Source of the DNA: Polyangiaceae bacterium
Lineage (GTDB): Bacteria > Myxococcota_A > Polyangia > Polyangiales > Polyangiaceae
Direction: 5' to 3'
NCBI GenBank assembly: GCA_044376115.1
Contig: JBILLK010000011.1
Coordinates: 192,001 to 256,000, forward strand
Length of the DNA stretch: 64,000 bases
Positions 28,975 to 37,306 of the stretch are shown one piece after another. Each line of letters opens with the position of its first letter. Position 1 is the stretch's first letter. Under the pieces are notes generated by a model, which saw only the letters and a program-made list of their open reading frames with translations, searched no databases and was not told where the DNA came from. Position numbers and translations under genes: made by a program.

Positions 28975-30444
28975 ATGACTGCACAACGAAGCCGTTGCCT
29001 CGCTTCAACCACGATTCTGAGCGCCGCTTTTGTACTTTCGGCGAATCTGTTCGCCCCCCGCGCGGCGCATGCGCAAGATGACAAGGTAGCTCGCGCTGCG
29101 ATCTTGGCGCGCGAGGCAGAAGACCTTCAACAGAAGGGGAACATCCCCGAAGCCTGCAACAAGCTCGAGGAGAGCCAAGTGCTCGATCCGCGTGGAGGAA
29201 CTCTGCTCGACCTAGCGCTCTGCCGCGACAAAGAAGGTCGCATCGGAACCGCCTTCAACCTGTTCGTCGAGGCTGAAAAGATCGCGATCGAAGAGAAGCG
29301 GAACGACCGCGTAACGACGGCCAAGGTCAAAAAGAACGAGCTCTTCTTGAAGCTACCACGCGTCACGGTGGTGGTACCTGCTGACGTCGTTGTCGAGGGC
29401 ATGGAGGTGCGTCTCGGGCACGCCAACGATCCACGGTCGCTCAAGCTCATTCCGCAGTCTGAGTGGGGCAAAGCGGTCGCCGCCGATCCGGGTGAACTCA
29501 AGTTGATGGTGTCTGCGCCCAAGAAAGCCACCTGGGAGTCGGTCTTCAAGATTGCCAAGGCGGAGCGCAAGTCCCTCACGGTTCCGGCTTTGGTCGAGGG
29601 CAGCGGCCCCGCGCCGCTCCCCGAGATCGTTCAACCGGCTCCGCCGCCGAACGTCACAGGTCCGGTCGCTCCGCCTCCTGTAGGTGAAGTGAAGCCGGTC
29701 GTGCCAACCACGCCGGCCAAGCACGAGTCCGGCCGGGTGGTGGTGGACATTGCCGCGTTGGTGGGTGGCCACCTCTCGCTCTTGAGTCGCGCTCCGTTGT
29801 CTGACATCAACGGCACCGAGTACATCTATCGCGGCGCTGAGCAGAGCGAGTTTCTCGCTTCGTGCGGCAACACCAGCGCAGTCCCCGGCGCGGGAAGCTG
29901 CGACGCAACCTTCGATCCGCAGATCGGATTGCTTGGCGGTGCGTCGCTCTTCTTGGGCTACGCAATCACCGACAAGATTCAGTTTGGCGGGCGCTTCTTC
30001 GGTGGCGTTCACTTTCCGCTCGGCTTCATGGCTTTGGGCGGGCCGAGCATCTCTTTCGCTGCGAGCGGCCCGCTCTGGCTTGGGGTCACGGCGCTCGTTG
30101 GCACCACGCAGATGGAGGCAGTCGTCACGGGCGGGAAGGGAGAGATCCCCGACTCGCTCGAAGCCGACAACGGCGGTGCTTCCGACATCGACATTCCTGT
30201 CGAGGATCTCGCTGGTCGCGCAAGTGAAGAGGAGCCGTTCAACATCGGTGGTGTTCGCGCCGGTGCGTTCGGTGGCTTCGAAGTTGGTGGCTCGTTCGAG
30301 GTATCGCTGATCTTGGTGGACAACCCCCAACACGATGGCAGCGGCGGCGCGCTCATGCTCAGCGCGTGGCCGATGGGCCTTTGGTCGCCCGGGCACGGCG
30401 CGGTGGTCAGCTTGCCGATCGGTTTCGGCTACCGCTTCTACTGA
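28975..30444 (+). CDS. Exported TPR / PEGA-like protein with probable C-terminal beta-barrel
   Basis: Signal peptide AHA-Q; ACNKLEESQVLDPRGGTLLDLALC TPR; Pro linker; amphipathic strands ending GFGYRFY. Confidence 0.7.
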   Translation: MTAQRSRCLASTTILSAAFVLSANLFAPRAAHAQDDKVARAAILAREAEDLQQKGNIPEACNKLEESQVLDPRGGTLLDLALCRDKEGRIGTAFNLFVEAEKIAIEEKRNDRVTTAKVKKNELFLKLPRVTVVVPADVVVEGMEVRLGHANDPRSLKLIPQSEWGKAVAADPGELKLMVSAPKKATWESVFKIAKAERKSLTVPALVEGSGPAPLPEIVQPAPPPNVTGPVAPPPVGEVKPVVPTTPAKHESGRVVVDIAALVGGHLSLLSRAPLSDINGTEYIYRGAEQSEFLASCGNTSAVPGAGSCDATFDPQIGLLGGASLFLGYAITDKIQFGGRFFGGVHFPLGFMALGGPSISFAASGPLWLGVTALVGTTQMEAVVTGGKGEIPDSLEADNGGASDIDIPVEDLAGRASEEEPFNIGGVRAGAFGGFEVGGSFEVSLILVDNPQHDGSGGALMLSAWPMGLWSPGHGAVVSLPIGFGYRFY

Positions 30445-30478
30445 GCTGACGCGAGCGACATCCATACAGCGGACGATC

Positions 30479-31279
30479 TCAACGAAACAGAGATCGTCCG
30501 CTTCGTACGTAAAAGGAGCGAAGATGGGAGCCGCGCGAGAGTGGCCGTTCGCGATAGAGACGTAACGCGAAGGCACCCGCTGGGTGGCTGCGTGTATCGA
30601 GGATGCGCGCGCGGTCTTCGGGCGGAAGCATGTTGGGGGAGGGGAGCGGTACCGGGTGGTGAGGTGGCAGGACCGCGGGCGTCATCATCGCGGCGAAGGT
30701 CAGGTCGGCGGCGGTGAATTGGTCACCAAGCAGATAGGGCCTGCCATCGGCGAGCTGCGCGGCCACGTCGTCCAGGGTGGTTTGGATCACTTCCCGCGCC
30801 GCCGCTACCGCACTTGGATTCAGGCCCAAACGGCTCTCTGCAACGCGTTCAGCTGAGCCTCGCATCAACGAAAGCAAACGCCGCTCAAGCGCTGGTGCGC
30901 GCCCTGCGTTGAAGGGAAGGCTGAGATCGATGTTGCGGAAGAACCATTCGTACGCGACGAGGCGAGTGGCAACACCGAAGGCTCCGGCGAATCGATCCGA
31001 GAGCGCTTCAATCGCCTCACGAGGAAGTGAAGCGGGGAAAAGCGGCGCACCTCGCTCATCCGCGGCGTAGTGAACGATGTCCCGCGAGTCGGTCAGCACC
31101 CGGCCTTCAAGGCGCAGCACTGGAAGGGTCGTTCGACGCCCGTGGTAGTAGGCTGCTACCCACGAGAACATCTGCAGATGGTGGCGCTCGTCGTAGTCCA
31201 CGCCGGCCAGGTCGAGCGCCCAACGGGCCCGTTCTCCGTAATGGCTGATTGGAATCGTGACCAGAAGCGGCTTGCTCAT
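30479..31279 (-). CDS. Glutathione S-transferase family protein
   Basis: ISHYGERARWALD, LPVL, DSRDI, YLLGDQFTAADLTFAA. Confidence 0.9.
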   Translation of the reverse strand: MSKPLLVTIPISHYGERARWALDLAGVDYDERHHLQMFSWVAAYYHGRRTTLPVLRLEGRVLTDSRDIVHYAADERGAPLFPASLPREAIEALSDRFAGAFGVATRLVAYEWFFRNIDLSLPFNAGRAPALERRLLSLMRGSAERVAESRLGLNPSAVAAAREVIQTTLDDVAAQLADGRPYLLGDQFTAADLTFAAMMTPAVLPPHHPVPLPSPNMLPPEDRARILDTRSHPAGAFALRLYRERPLSRGSHLRSFYVRSGRSLFR

Positions 31280-31381
31280 GGGCGGGTTTTAGCCTCATCC
31301 GCGCTCCGGAACGACCTTGCTTCTCACGCGCGAAGCTCGATTGAACGCCCCCTTTTTCCGCTGGAAGTTGGTGCGACGCTC

Positions 31382-31555
31382 AGCTAGCCTCCGATAGCTC
31401 ACGCTGAAAGCAGCGACGGTCTCTCTCGTCTCCAACCAGGGATTGGAAGGTCATCTTGCTCACGTGCGGCGCTACTGATTGTCAGAGCGCCGTTCCCTCC
31501 GAATCTCTGGCCGAGTTGGAAGGCAGGCAAAGACGCGAATCGTCGATTAGGCCGC
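31382..31555 (+). promoter_or_regulatory. Candidate multi-hairpin 5' leader of the RRM gene
   Basis: Run of adjacent short inverted repeats, e.g. CGCTG-AAAG-CAGCG, TCCAA..TTGGA, GGCGCT.CTGA..TCAG.AGCGCC. Confidence 0.4.
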
Positions 31556-31571
31556 TACCGAGAGTGACTCC

Positions 31572-32000
31572 ATGAACACTGCGTCAACACGCCTATACGT
31601 TGGCAATCTGCCCTTCCACGCCACCGAGACCCTCGTTCGCGATGCTTTCGCGAAGGCCGGTGAAGTGACCGACGTGCATATCGTTTTGGACCGCGCGACC
31701 GGCCAGTCGCGTGGTTTCGGTTTCGTTACCATGGGGAGCGCTCAGGACGCAGCCAACGCCATCTCGCAGATGGACGGCGCGAACTTTGATGGTCGCAACC
31801 TGCGCGTTAACCCCGCTGAAGAGCGTCAGGGTGGCGGCGGTGGCGGCGGCGGCGGTCGTGGCCCCGGCGGCGGTGGCGGCGGCGGCGGTCGTGGCCCCGG
31901 CGGCGGTGGCGGTCGTGGCGGTGGCGGCGGTGGTCGTGGCGGTGGCGGCGGTGGCTATGGTGGCGGTGGTGGCGGTGGCGGCGGCTACGGCCGACGCTGA
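31572..32000 (+). CDS. RRM RNA-binding protein with Gly/Arg-rich tail
   Basis: RNP2 LYVGNL, RNP1 RGFGFVTM, poly-Gly/RGG tail. Confidence 0.95.
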   Translation: MNTASTRLYVGNLPFHATETLVRDAFAKAGEVTDVHIVLDRATGQSRGFGFVTMGSAQDAANAISQMDGANFDGRNLRVNPAEERQGGGGGGGGGRGPGGGGGGGGRGPGGGGGRGGGGGGRGGGGGGYGGGGGGGGGYGRR

Positions 32001-32020
32001 TTCCTTCTGTCAGTAGGTTG

Positions 32021-32058
32021 GAACGCGCTCAGCGGTAACACGCTCGAGCGCGTTTTTC
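32021..32058 (+). terminator. Intrinsic terminator after RRM gene
   Basis: AACGCGCTC-AGCG...CGCT-C-GAGCGCGTT stem ending in a T run. Confidence 0.65.
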
Positions 32059-32087
32059 GTTGGTCGCGTGGAGTTGGATCCCGGGGT

Positions 32088-32426
32088 CTAGTGAAGCTCG
32101 ACGATCTGTCGGCTGAGAATCTTGGCGCCGTCGAAGAACCGCTCCACTGCCGCGAGCGCTTGCTCAACGCTTTTCAGGCTCGAGCATGAAGCCACGTCGA
32201 CGAAAAGTCGCCCTTCCTCGGGCCAGGTGTGAACCGTGAGATGCGACTCGCCGACGATCGCGGCACCCGTGACGCCTTGCGGCTCGAACTTCACCATGCG
32301 TAGGTCGTGAAGCGAAAAGCCGCCGGCCACCACGGCGAGGCGCAACACCTCTTCCATGGTTTCACACGAGTCGAGCTTGCTGTGCTCGATCCCCGAGTAG
32401 AGAGCGAGACCGACGGTCATCCGCAT
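32088..32426 (-). CDS. speD: Pyruvoyl-dependent S-adenosylmethionine decarboxylase proenzyme family (class 1B)
   Basis: KFEPQGVTG, ESH self-cleavage site, HTWPE, DVASC; start uncertain. Confidence 0.8.
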   Translation of the reverse strand: MRMTVGLALYSGIEHSKLDSCETMEEVLRLAVVAGGFSLHDLRMVKFEPQGVTGAAIVGESHLTVHTWPEEGRLFVDVASCSSLKSVEQALAAVERFFDGAKILSRQIVELH

Positions 32427-32485
32427 GAGACGCCGGAGAATGGCTCCTTCTTGCACGGATGTCACGTTCGAGAGATCGTAAGGCG

Positions 32486-33253
32486 ATGAAGATCTCGCTT
32501 GATGACAAAGTCGCCGTTGTTACCGGGGCCAGCCGCGGCATTGGACTGTCGATCGCAAAGACCTTTCTCGAGAACGGCGCCAAGGTGGCGATGGTCGCTC
32601 GCAAGCCGGAGACGTTGGCGGAGGCCAAGGCTTCCCTCGGTGGCCTCGCAGAGAACGCAGAGACGTTCGCTGTTCACGTTGGCAAAGAGGGCGCGGCGCA
32701 GGAGATCGTGAAGCGCACGATCGAGCGTTTTGGTCGAATCGACGTTTTGGTCAACAACGCCGCAACGAATCCCCACTTTGGCCCCACCGTAACCGCCGAC
32801 GAGAAGGTGTTCGACAAGACCTTCGAGATCAATGCGCGAGCCTACTTTCTATTGGCGCGCGAGGTCGCGGTGCACATGGTCGATCAGGGCATCAAGGGCT
32901 CGCTCGTGTTCGTATCGTCCACCCAAGGCCTACTGGGCTCACCGTTGATGGGCGTTTACGGCATGACCAAGGCGGCCGTGCTTTCACTGATGAAGACGCT
33001 CGCCGTTGAACTTGGACCAAGTGGCATCCGCGCCAACGCGATCGCGCCGGGGCTCGTTGATACAAAGTTCGCTTCAGCACTGACGCAGAACGACGACATC
33101 GCCAAACGGTGGACCGAGCGGGCACCGCTCCGCCGATGGGGCCACCCCGATGAGGTCGCCGGTGCTGCGCTCTACCTCGCTTCGGACGCCGCGAGCTACG
33201 TCACCGGCACTACCCTCGTCGTGGATGGGGGGTACTGCGTGGCGGCCGGTTGA
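32486..33253 (+). CDS. SDR family oxidoreductase (DHRS4-like)
   Basis: TGASRGIG, NNAATNP, YGMTK catalytic motif, APGLVDT, VDGG. Confidence 0.93.
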   Translation: MKISLDDKVAVVTGASRGIGLSIAKTFLENGAKVAMVARKPETLAEAKASLGGLAENAETFAVHVGKEGAAQEIVKRTIERFGRIDVLVNNAATNPHFGPTVTADEKVFDKTFEINARAYFLLAREVAVHMVDQGIKGSLVFVSSTQGLLGSPLMGVYGMTKAAVLSLMKTLAVELGPSGIRANAIAPGLVDTKFASALTQNDDIAKRWTERAPLRRWGHPDEVAGAALYLASDAASYVTGTTLVVDGGYCVAAG

Positions 33254-33255
33254 AC

Positions 33256-34167
33256 TCAGGCGCGAACGCTCCGAAGGCGTTTGCCGTGACTCACGAGAGC
33301 GTCCTTGAGGCCGACGGCCGCTTTGGTCTTGTGAAGGTCGGAGCGGTACACCAGGAAGATCTTGTCGGCGAAGAACGGCAAGCCAGGGTGCAACCGCACG
33401 ATCTCGGCATCGTGGCCGTAGGCCGCCACGCGACGCGGCAAGACGCCCACGCCTACGCCGGCGCGAACGATCGACTTGACGAGCTCGAAGTCGCCACACG
33501 CCAAAAGGCGCTGGGCCACACAGCCCTCTTGATCGAGTTTGTGCAGCAACGCCTGACTCTCCGAGACGCGCGCGGCATGAACAACGGGCCCTTTCTCGAT
33601 CAAGGTGTGCGCTTCCGCGAGGGTGCGCGCCGGGCTCTTCTTGGCTCTGGCGAGGACGAAGAAGTCGACCGCGTCGTCGAATAGTTCGACCAACACGAGG
33701 TCAGGGTGGGGCCGAGGGTTGACGATGATGCCGAAGTCGACTGCGCGCTCCAGTACTCTGTCGCGCACGCTGCTCGAGGCTGAGTTCTCCACGGAGAGAT
33801 CGATCGCCGGGTGGGTTGCGAAGAATTGGTTCATGAATTGGGGCAAAAAATAAGCCGCCAAGGACTCATGACAGCCAATCACGAAGCGACCGGACTCATC
33901 GGCCTCGAGCCCGATTACGCGACGCTCGGCCTTGCGCAGGATGCTGAAGATCTCCTCGGCGTCCTTGCCCAGGGCTTTACCTGTGATGGTCGCGGTGACC
34001 CCGGTGTGATCGCGCAGCAGCAACTTGGTATCGAAGTGCTTCTCGAGCCGCTGCATCGCTGCGGTCAGCGAAGGTTGGCTCACGCCAAGCGCTCGTGCCG
34101 CTTTGGTAATGCTCCCTTGCCCGCGTACCTCGAGAAAGTATCGCAGATCGTTGAGTTCGAGCGTCAT
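33256..34167 (-). CDS. LysR family transcriptional regulator
   Basis: GSITKAARALGVSQPSLTAAMQRLE HTH; GVGVGVLP. Confidence 0.95.
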   Translation of the reverse strand: MTLELNDLRYFLEVRGQGSITKAARALGVSQPSLTAAMQRLEKHFDTKLLLRDHTGVTATITGKALGKDAEEIFSILRKAERRVIGLEADESGRFVIGCHESLAAYFLPQFMNQFFATHPAIDLSVENSASSSVRDRVLERAVDFGIIVNPRPHPDLVLVELFDDAVDFFVLARAKKSPARTLAEAHTLIEKGPVVHAARVSESQALLHKLDQEGCVAQRLLACGDFELVKSIVRAGVGVGVLPRRVAAYGHDAEIVRLHPGLPFFADKIFLVYRSDLHKTKAAVGLKDALVSHGKRLRSVRA

Positions 34168-34245
34168 AGCCGTGGGCTATGGTACCCCCGTCGCGAATGT
34201 TTGGAGCGGTAGCTTTGAGCAAATCGTGATAGGGCCGCAAAGCTC

Positions 34246-34929
34246 ATGAGCCTGCTCGCGATCCTCGCTCTTGGCTTCTTCCTTGGGATGCGCCACGCCA
34301 CCGACGCTGATCACGTCATGGCGGTGACCACGATCGTTAGCCGCGAGCGCAGCGCGCGCTCCGCGTTGTGGGTTGGGGCTTTGTGGGGCGTGGGGCACAC
34401 CGCGACCATCTTGGTCGTTGGCGGCATGATCGTCGTCTTCGGCTTGGTCATTCCTCCTCGGGTAGGCCTCTCGATGGAGTTTTCGGTTGCGGTCATGCTC
34501 GTGGTGCTGGGCGCCATGAACCTGACGGGGGCCATGCAGCGTATCGATGAGGCTGCCCATGGTGCGAAGCACCACCCCGTCGACGATAAGGCTCGAGGTC
34601 TACGGCTGCGCCCGTTGATCGTCGGCGTTGTGCACGGCCTCGCGGGTTCAGCCGCGGTAGCGCTGTTGGTGCTCACCACCATTCGGGACGCAGCTTGGGC
34701 CCTTTGCTACCTCGCCATCTTTGGCGGCGGGACGGTACTCGGCATGATGCTGCTCACGAGCGCGATGGCTGTTCCCGTCGCTGCAGCAAGCCATCGCTTC
34801 GGTTCGTTCGAGCGCGTTCTGTCGCGCGCGACGGGCCTGGCTAGCATCGCGTTTGGCTTGTTTCTCGCCTACCAAATTGGCTTTGTCGATGGGCTCTTCT
34901 CCGGCGAGCCGCAGTGGTCTCCGAAGTGA
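34246..34929 (+). CDS. HoxN/HupN/NixA-related nickel/cobalt transporter
   Basis: GMRHATDADH, WGVGHT, GVVHGLAGSA motifs. Confidence 0.88.
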   Translation: MSLLAILALGFFLGMRHATDADHVMAVTTIVSRERSARSALWVGALWGVGHTATILVVGGMIVVFGLVIPPRVGLSMEFSVAVMLVVLGAMNLTGAMQRIDEAAHGAKHHPVDDKARGLRLRPLIVGVVHGLAGSAAVALLVLTTIRDAAWALCYLAIFGGGTVLGMMLLTSAMAVPVAAASHRFGSFERVLSRATGLASIAFGLFLAYQIGFVDGLFSGEPQWSPK

Positions 34930-34960
34930 GGTCAACCGAGCGAACGTTGGGAGATAAAGC

Positions 34961-34988
34961 AGAAAGCCCACCGAGAGGTGGGCTTTCT
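34961..34988. terminator. Bidirectional intrinsic terminator
   Basis: Perfect 12-bp stem AGAAAGCCCACC/GGTGGGCTTTCT with GAGA loop between convergent genes. Confidence 0.85.
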
Positions 34989-34999
34989 TCTACTTGCCG

Positions 35000-37216
35000 C
35001 TAGGGCTTCGGCGGCGCCGCTGGCGCCGCGGGCGGAGCTGCTGGTGCGGGAGTTGCGGGCGGGGAGCCCGGTGCAGGAGCCGCCGGCGGAGCTGCGGGAG
35101 CCGCGGGCGGAGCTGCTGGCGCGGCGGGCGGGGCAGCCGGCTTCTCCGGTGCTTTGACCTGCGTCGAGTGCAGGATCTTGAACTCGACTCGGCGGTTCTT
35201 CGCCTTGCCTGCGTTGGTCTTGTTATCAGCGATCGGCTTCTCCTGTCCGTAGCCGTTGGCTTGCAGTCGTGAGGGCGCGACGCCCTTCGACTCGATGTAG
35301 GCCTTCACAGCGTTGGCGCGCTTCTGTGAGAGCTCCTTGTTGAAGTCGGCGTTGCCCAGGTTGTCGGTGTGGCCCGAGCACTCGAGCAAGAAGATCTGCG
35401 GGTTCGCCTTGAGCGCGCCTGCGACTGCATCGAGCACCGAGAAGCTCACTGCACCCTTGATCTTGTCGCTGCCCGTTTCGAACTCGACGCGCTGCAGGAT
35501 CTTGATCTCCTCTTTGCCAATCTCAACGAGCTGCGGACCTGCCTCTGGACAGCCGTCCTCGTCGTCGATGCCGTTGAAGGTCTCCGGCCGGTTGGGGCAT
35601 TTGTCGGTGGTGTCGGGGATGCCGTCTTTGTCGGTATCGGGAACCGTGTCAGGGCAGCCGTCCTCGTCCTTGAAGCCGTTCTTGACCTCGGGCTCCTCAC
35701 CACACTCGTCGCTGGCGTCGGGCACGCCGTCGTTGTCGTTGTCGAGGTCCGGGCAGCCGTCCAAGTCGTCGAAGCCGTCAGTGTCTTCAGGCTCCGCGGG
35801 ACACTTGTCCTTGGGATCCGGAAGGCCGTCAGCGTCGGAGTCGGGGCAACCGTAGAACTCCTCGAGCAGCACCTTTCCTGCTTGATCCGGGCACTTGTCC
35901 TTGTTGTCGGCGATCCCGTCTTGGTCCTTGTCGGTGATTTCGTCAGGACAGCCGTCTTCATCCTCGAAGCCGTTGACCTTCTCCGCCTTGTCCGGGCACT
36001 TGTCCTTGCCGTCGGCGAGCCCGTCCTTGTCGTTGTCGTCGTCGGGACAACCGTCTTCATCTTCGAAGCCGTCCTTGTCCTCCTTCTTGGTCGAGCAAGT
36101 GTCACGGTTGTCGGCGACGCCGTCTCCGTCTGCATCCCCGGCCTCCATCGTGAAGGTGATCCCCGCGATGCCGCGAGCGAGCGGCACGCCGACGCCCTCG
36201 AGCACGCCCACCCCGCCGCCGGCGGTGAAGCTAAGCCCTGTGTCGAGTGGCGAGATCACGACCGCAGCGTCGGTCTCCAGAGTGTTGGTCCCTTTGGTCC
36301 CCGAGAATTGCGTCGAGCCGTAGCCCTCCGCCATCACCTTCAGGATGGGCGTGATCTCGTAGCCGGCACCCACTGCATAGCGGAACTCGAGCGGGCCTAC
36401 CGTGGTCGTGCCGAGCCGATTTTCACCGCGATAGATGCCGCGCAAGTTGGCCGTGACGAAGAACTTCTCGATTTGGAAGTCGGCGATACCACGCCAGCCG
36501 ACGGTCACTGGTGCGTCGTTGCCGATGAAGGAATTCTCAGCGGTCAAGTGCCCAAGCGGGGCAGCCACGTCCACCGCGCCGCCGAGCGCAACCACCGACT
36601 GAGAATCACCGAAGAAGCGGAACTTTCCTTCCAACATCGCATCCCCGAGGCCAAAGCTCGCGAGTCCCTCGGGTAGCGGTTGCCCCGTGTCGGTGTTGAT
36701 GCCCGAACCATTTACGTAGGCGAGCGGAATCTTGAGGCCGATCTGGATCCATTCGATCGGGTTGAAGCTGCCCATCAAGTCGAACTGGAACATGTCCTGA
36801 ACAACGGCCACGTCCTCGACCTCGGAGGCGTTCGGCTCGTCGCAGTTCGTCTCAGCAACACAGCTGACGACCACGAACGGCTCTCGCGCGTAGTTGAAAA
36901 GGAGCCCGGCGCTCCAGCCGAACTGCTCGACCATGCGCACGCGCTCGGTCGAAAGGATGTTGTTTGGCCCCGGCGCCGACTCGAGCCGTTGCACCGAAAA
37001 TTCACCGCTCTGGGCCGACTCTTGCGCTACCGCTGTTGAGGCTGGCGCAGTCAGGGCGATGAGGGTCCCGAGACCCAGCGTTCGTCGAAAGCGAGCTAAC
37101 TCTTTGGATGCTGCCCGGCCTGCAATGAGCAGGAGGCCACGCGCTCTGGGCGCAGAGAGACTGGGAGAAGGTTGGTTCACGTGCTTCCGCTCCACGGGGC
37201 CCGCGTTTTCAGTCAA
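35000..37216 (-). CDS. OmpA family protein with N-terminal beta-barrel and thrombospondin type 3 repeats (TraB-like architecture)
   Basis: Repeated DxDxDG..D..D.CP and GFxDxDGCP units; GHTD, LSQKRANAV, GYG, NRRVEF; Pro/Ala tail; start uncertain. Confidence 0.9.
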   Translation of the reverse strand: MTENAGPVERKHVNQPSPSLSAPRARGLLLIAGRAASKELARFRRTLGLGTLIALTAPASTAVAQESAQSGEFSVQRLESAPGPNNILSTERVRMVEQFGWSAGLLFNYAREPFVVVSCVAETNCDEPNASEVEDVAVVQDMFQFDLMGSFNPIEWIQIGLKIPLAYVNGSGINTDTGQPLPEGLASFGLGDAMLEGKFRFFGDSQSVVALGGAVDVAAPLGHLTAENSFIGNDAPVTVGWRGIADFQIEKFFVTANLRGIYRGENRLGTTTVGPLEFRYAVGAGYEITPILKVMAEGYGSTQFSGTKGTNTLETDAAVVISPLDTGLSFTAGGGVGVLEGVGVPLARGIAGITFTMEAGDADGDGVADNRDTCSTKKEDKDGFEDEDGCPDDDNDKDGLADGKDKCPDKAEKVNGFEDEDGCPDEITDKDQDGIADNKDKCPDQAGKVLLEEFYGCPDSDADGLPDPKDKCPAEPEDTDGFDDLDGCPDLDNDNDGVPDASDECGEEPEVKNGFKDEDGCPDTVPDTDKDGIPDTTDKCPNRPETFNGIDDEDGCPEAGPQLVEIGKEEIKILQRVEFETGSDKIKGAVSFSVLDAVAGALKANPQIFLLECSGHTDNLGNADFNKELSQKRANAVKAYIESKGVAPSRLQANGYGQEKPIADNKTNAGKAKNRRVEFKILHSTQVKAPEKPAAPPAAPAAPPAAPAAPPAAPAPGSPPATPAPAAPPAAPAAPPKP

Positions 37217-37306
37217 AGCGTCGTGACAGGCCCACGATGCGAGAGGCTAACCGAAAAGGCTCACGTACTGCGAGACCCTTTCCTTCCTTGATTCACAAGT
37301 GGAACC

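Noticed and set aside
31830..31990. GGC/GGT tandem repeats as a non-coding repeat array
   Set aside because: They encode the Gly/Arg tail of the RRM protein; no repeat-spacer structure
35540..36140. Regularly spaced repeats resembling a CRISPR array
   Set aside because: Degenerate at third codon positions and encode TSP3 repeats; no cas genes
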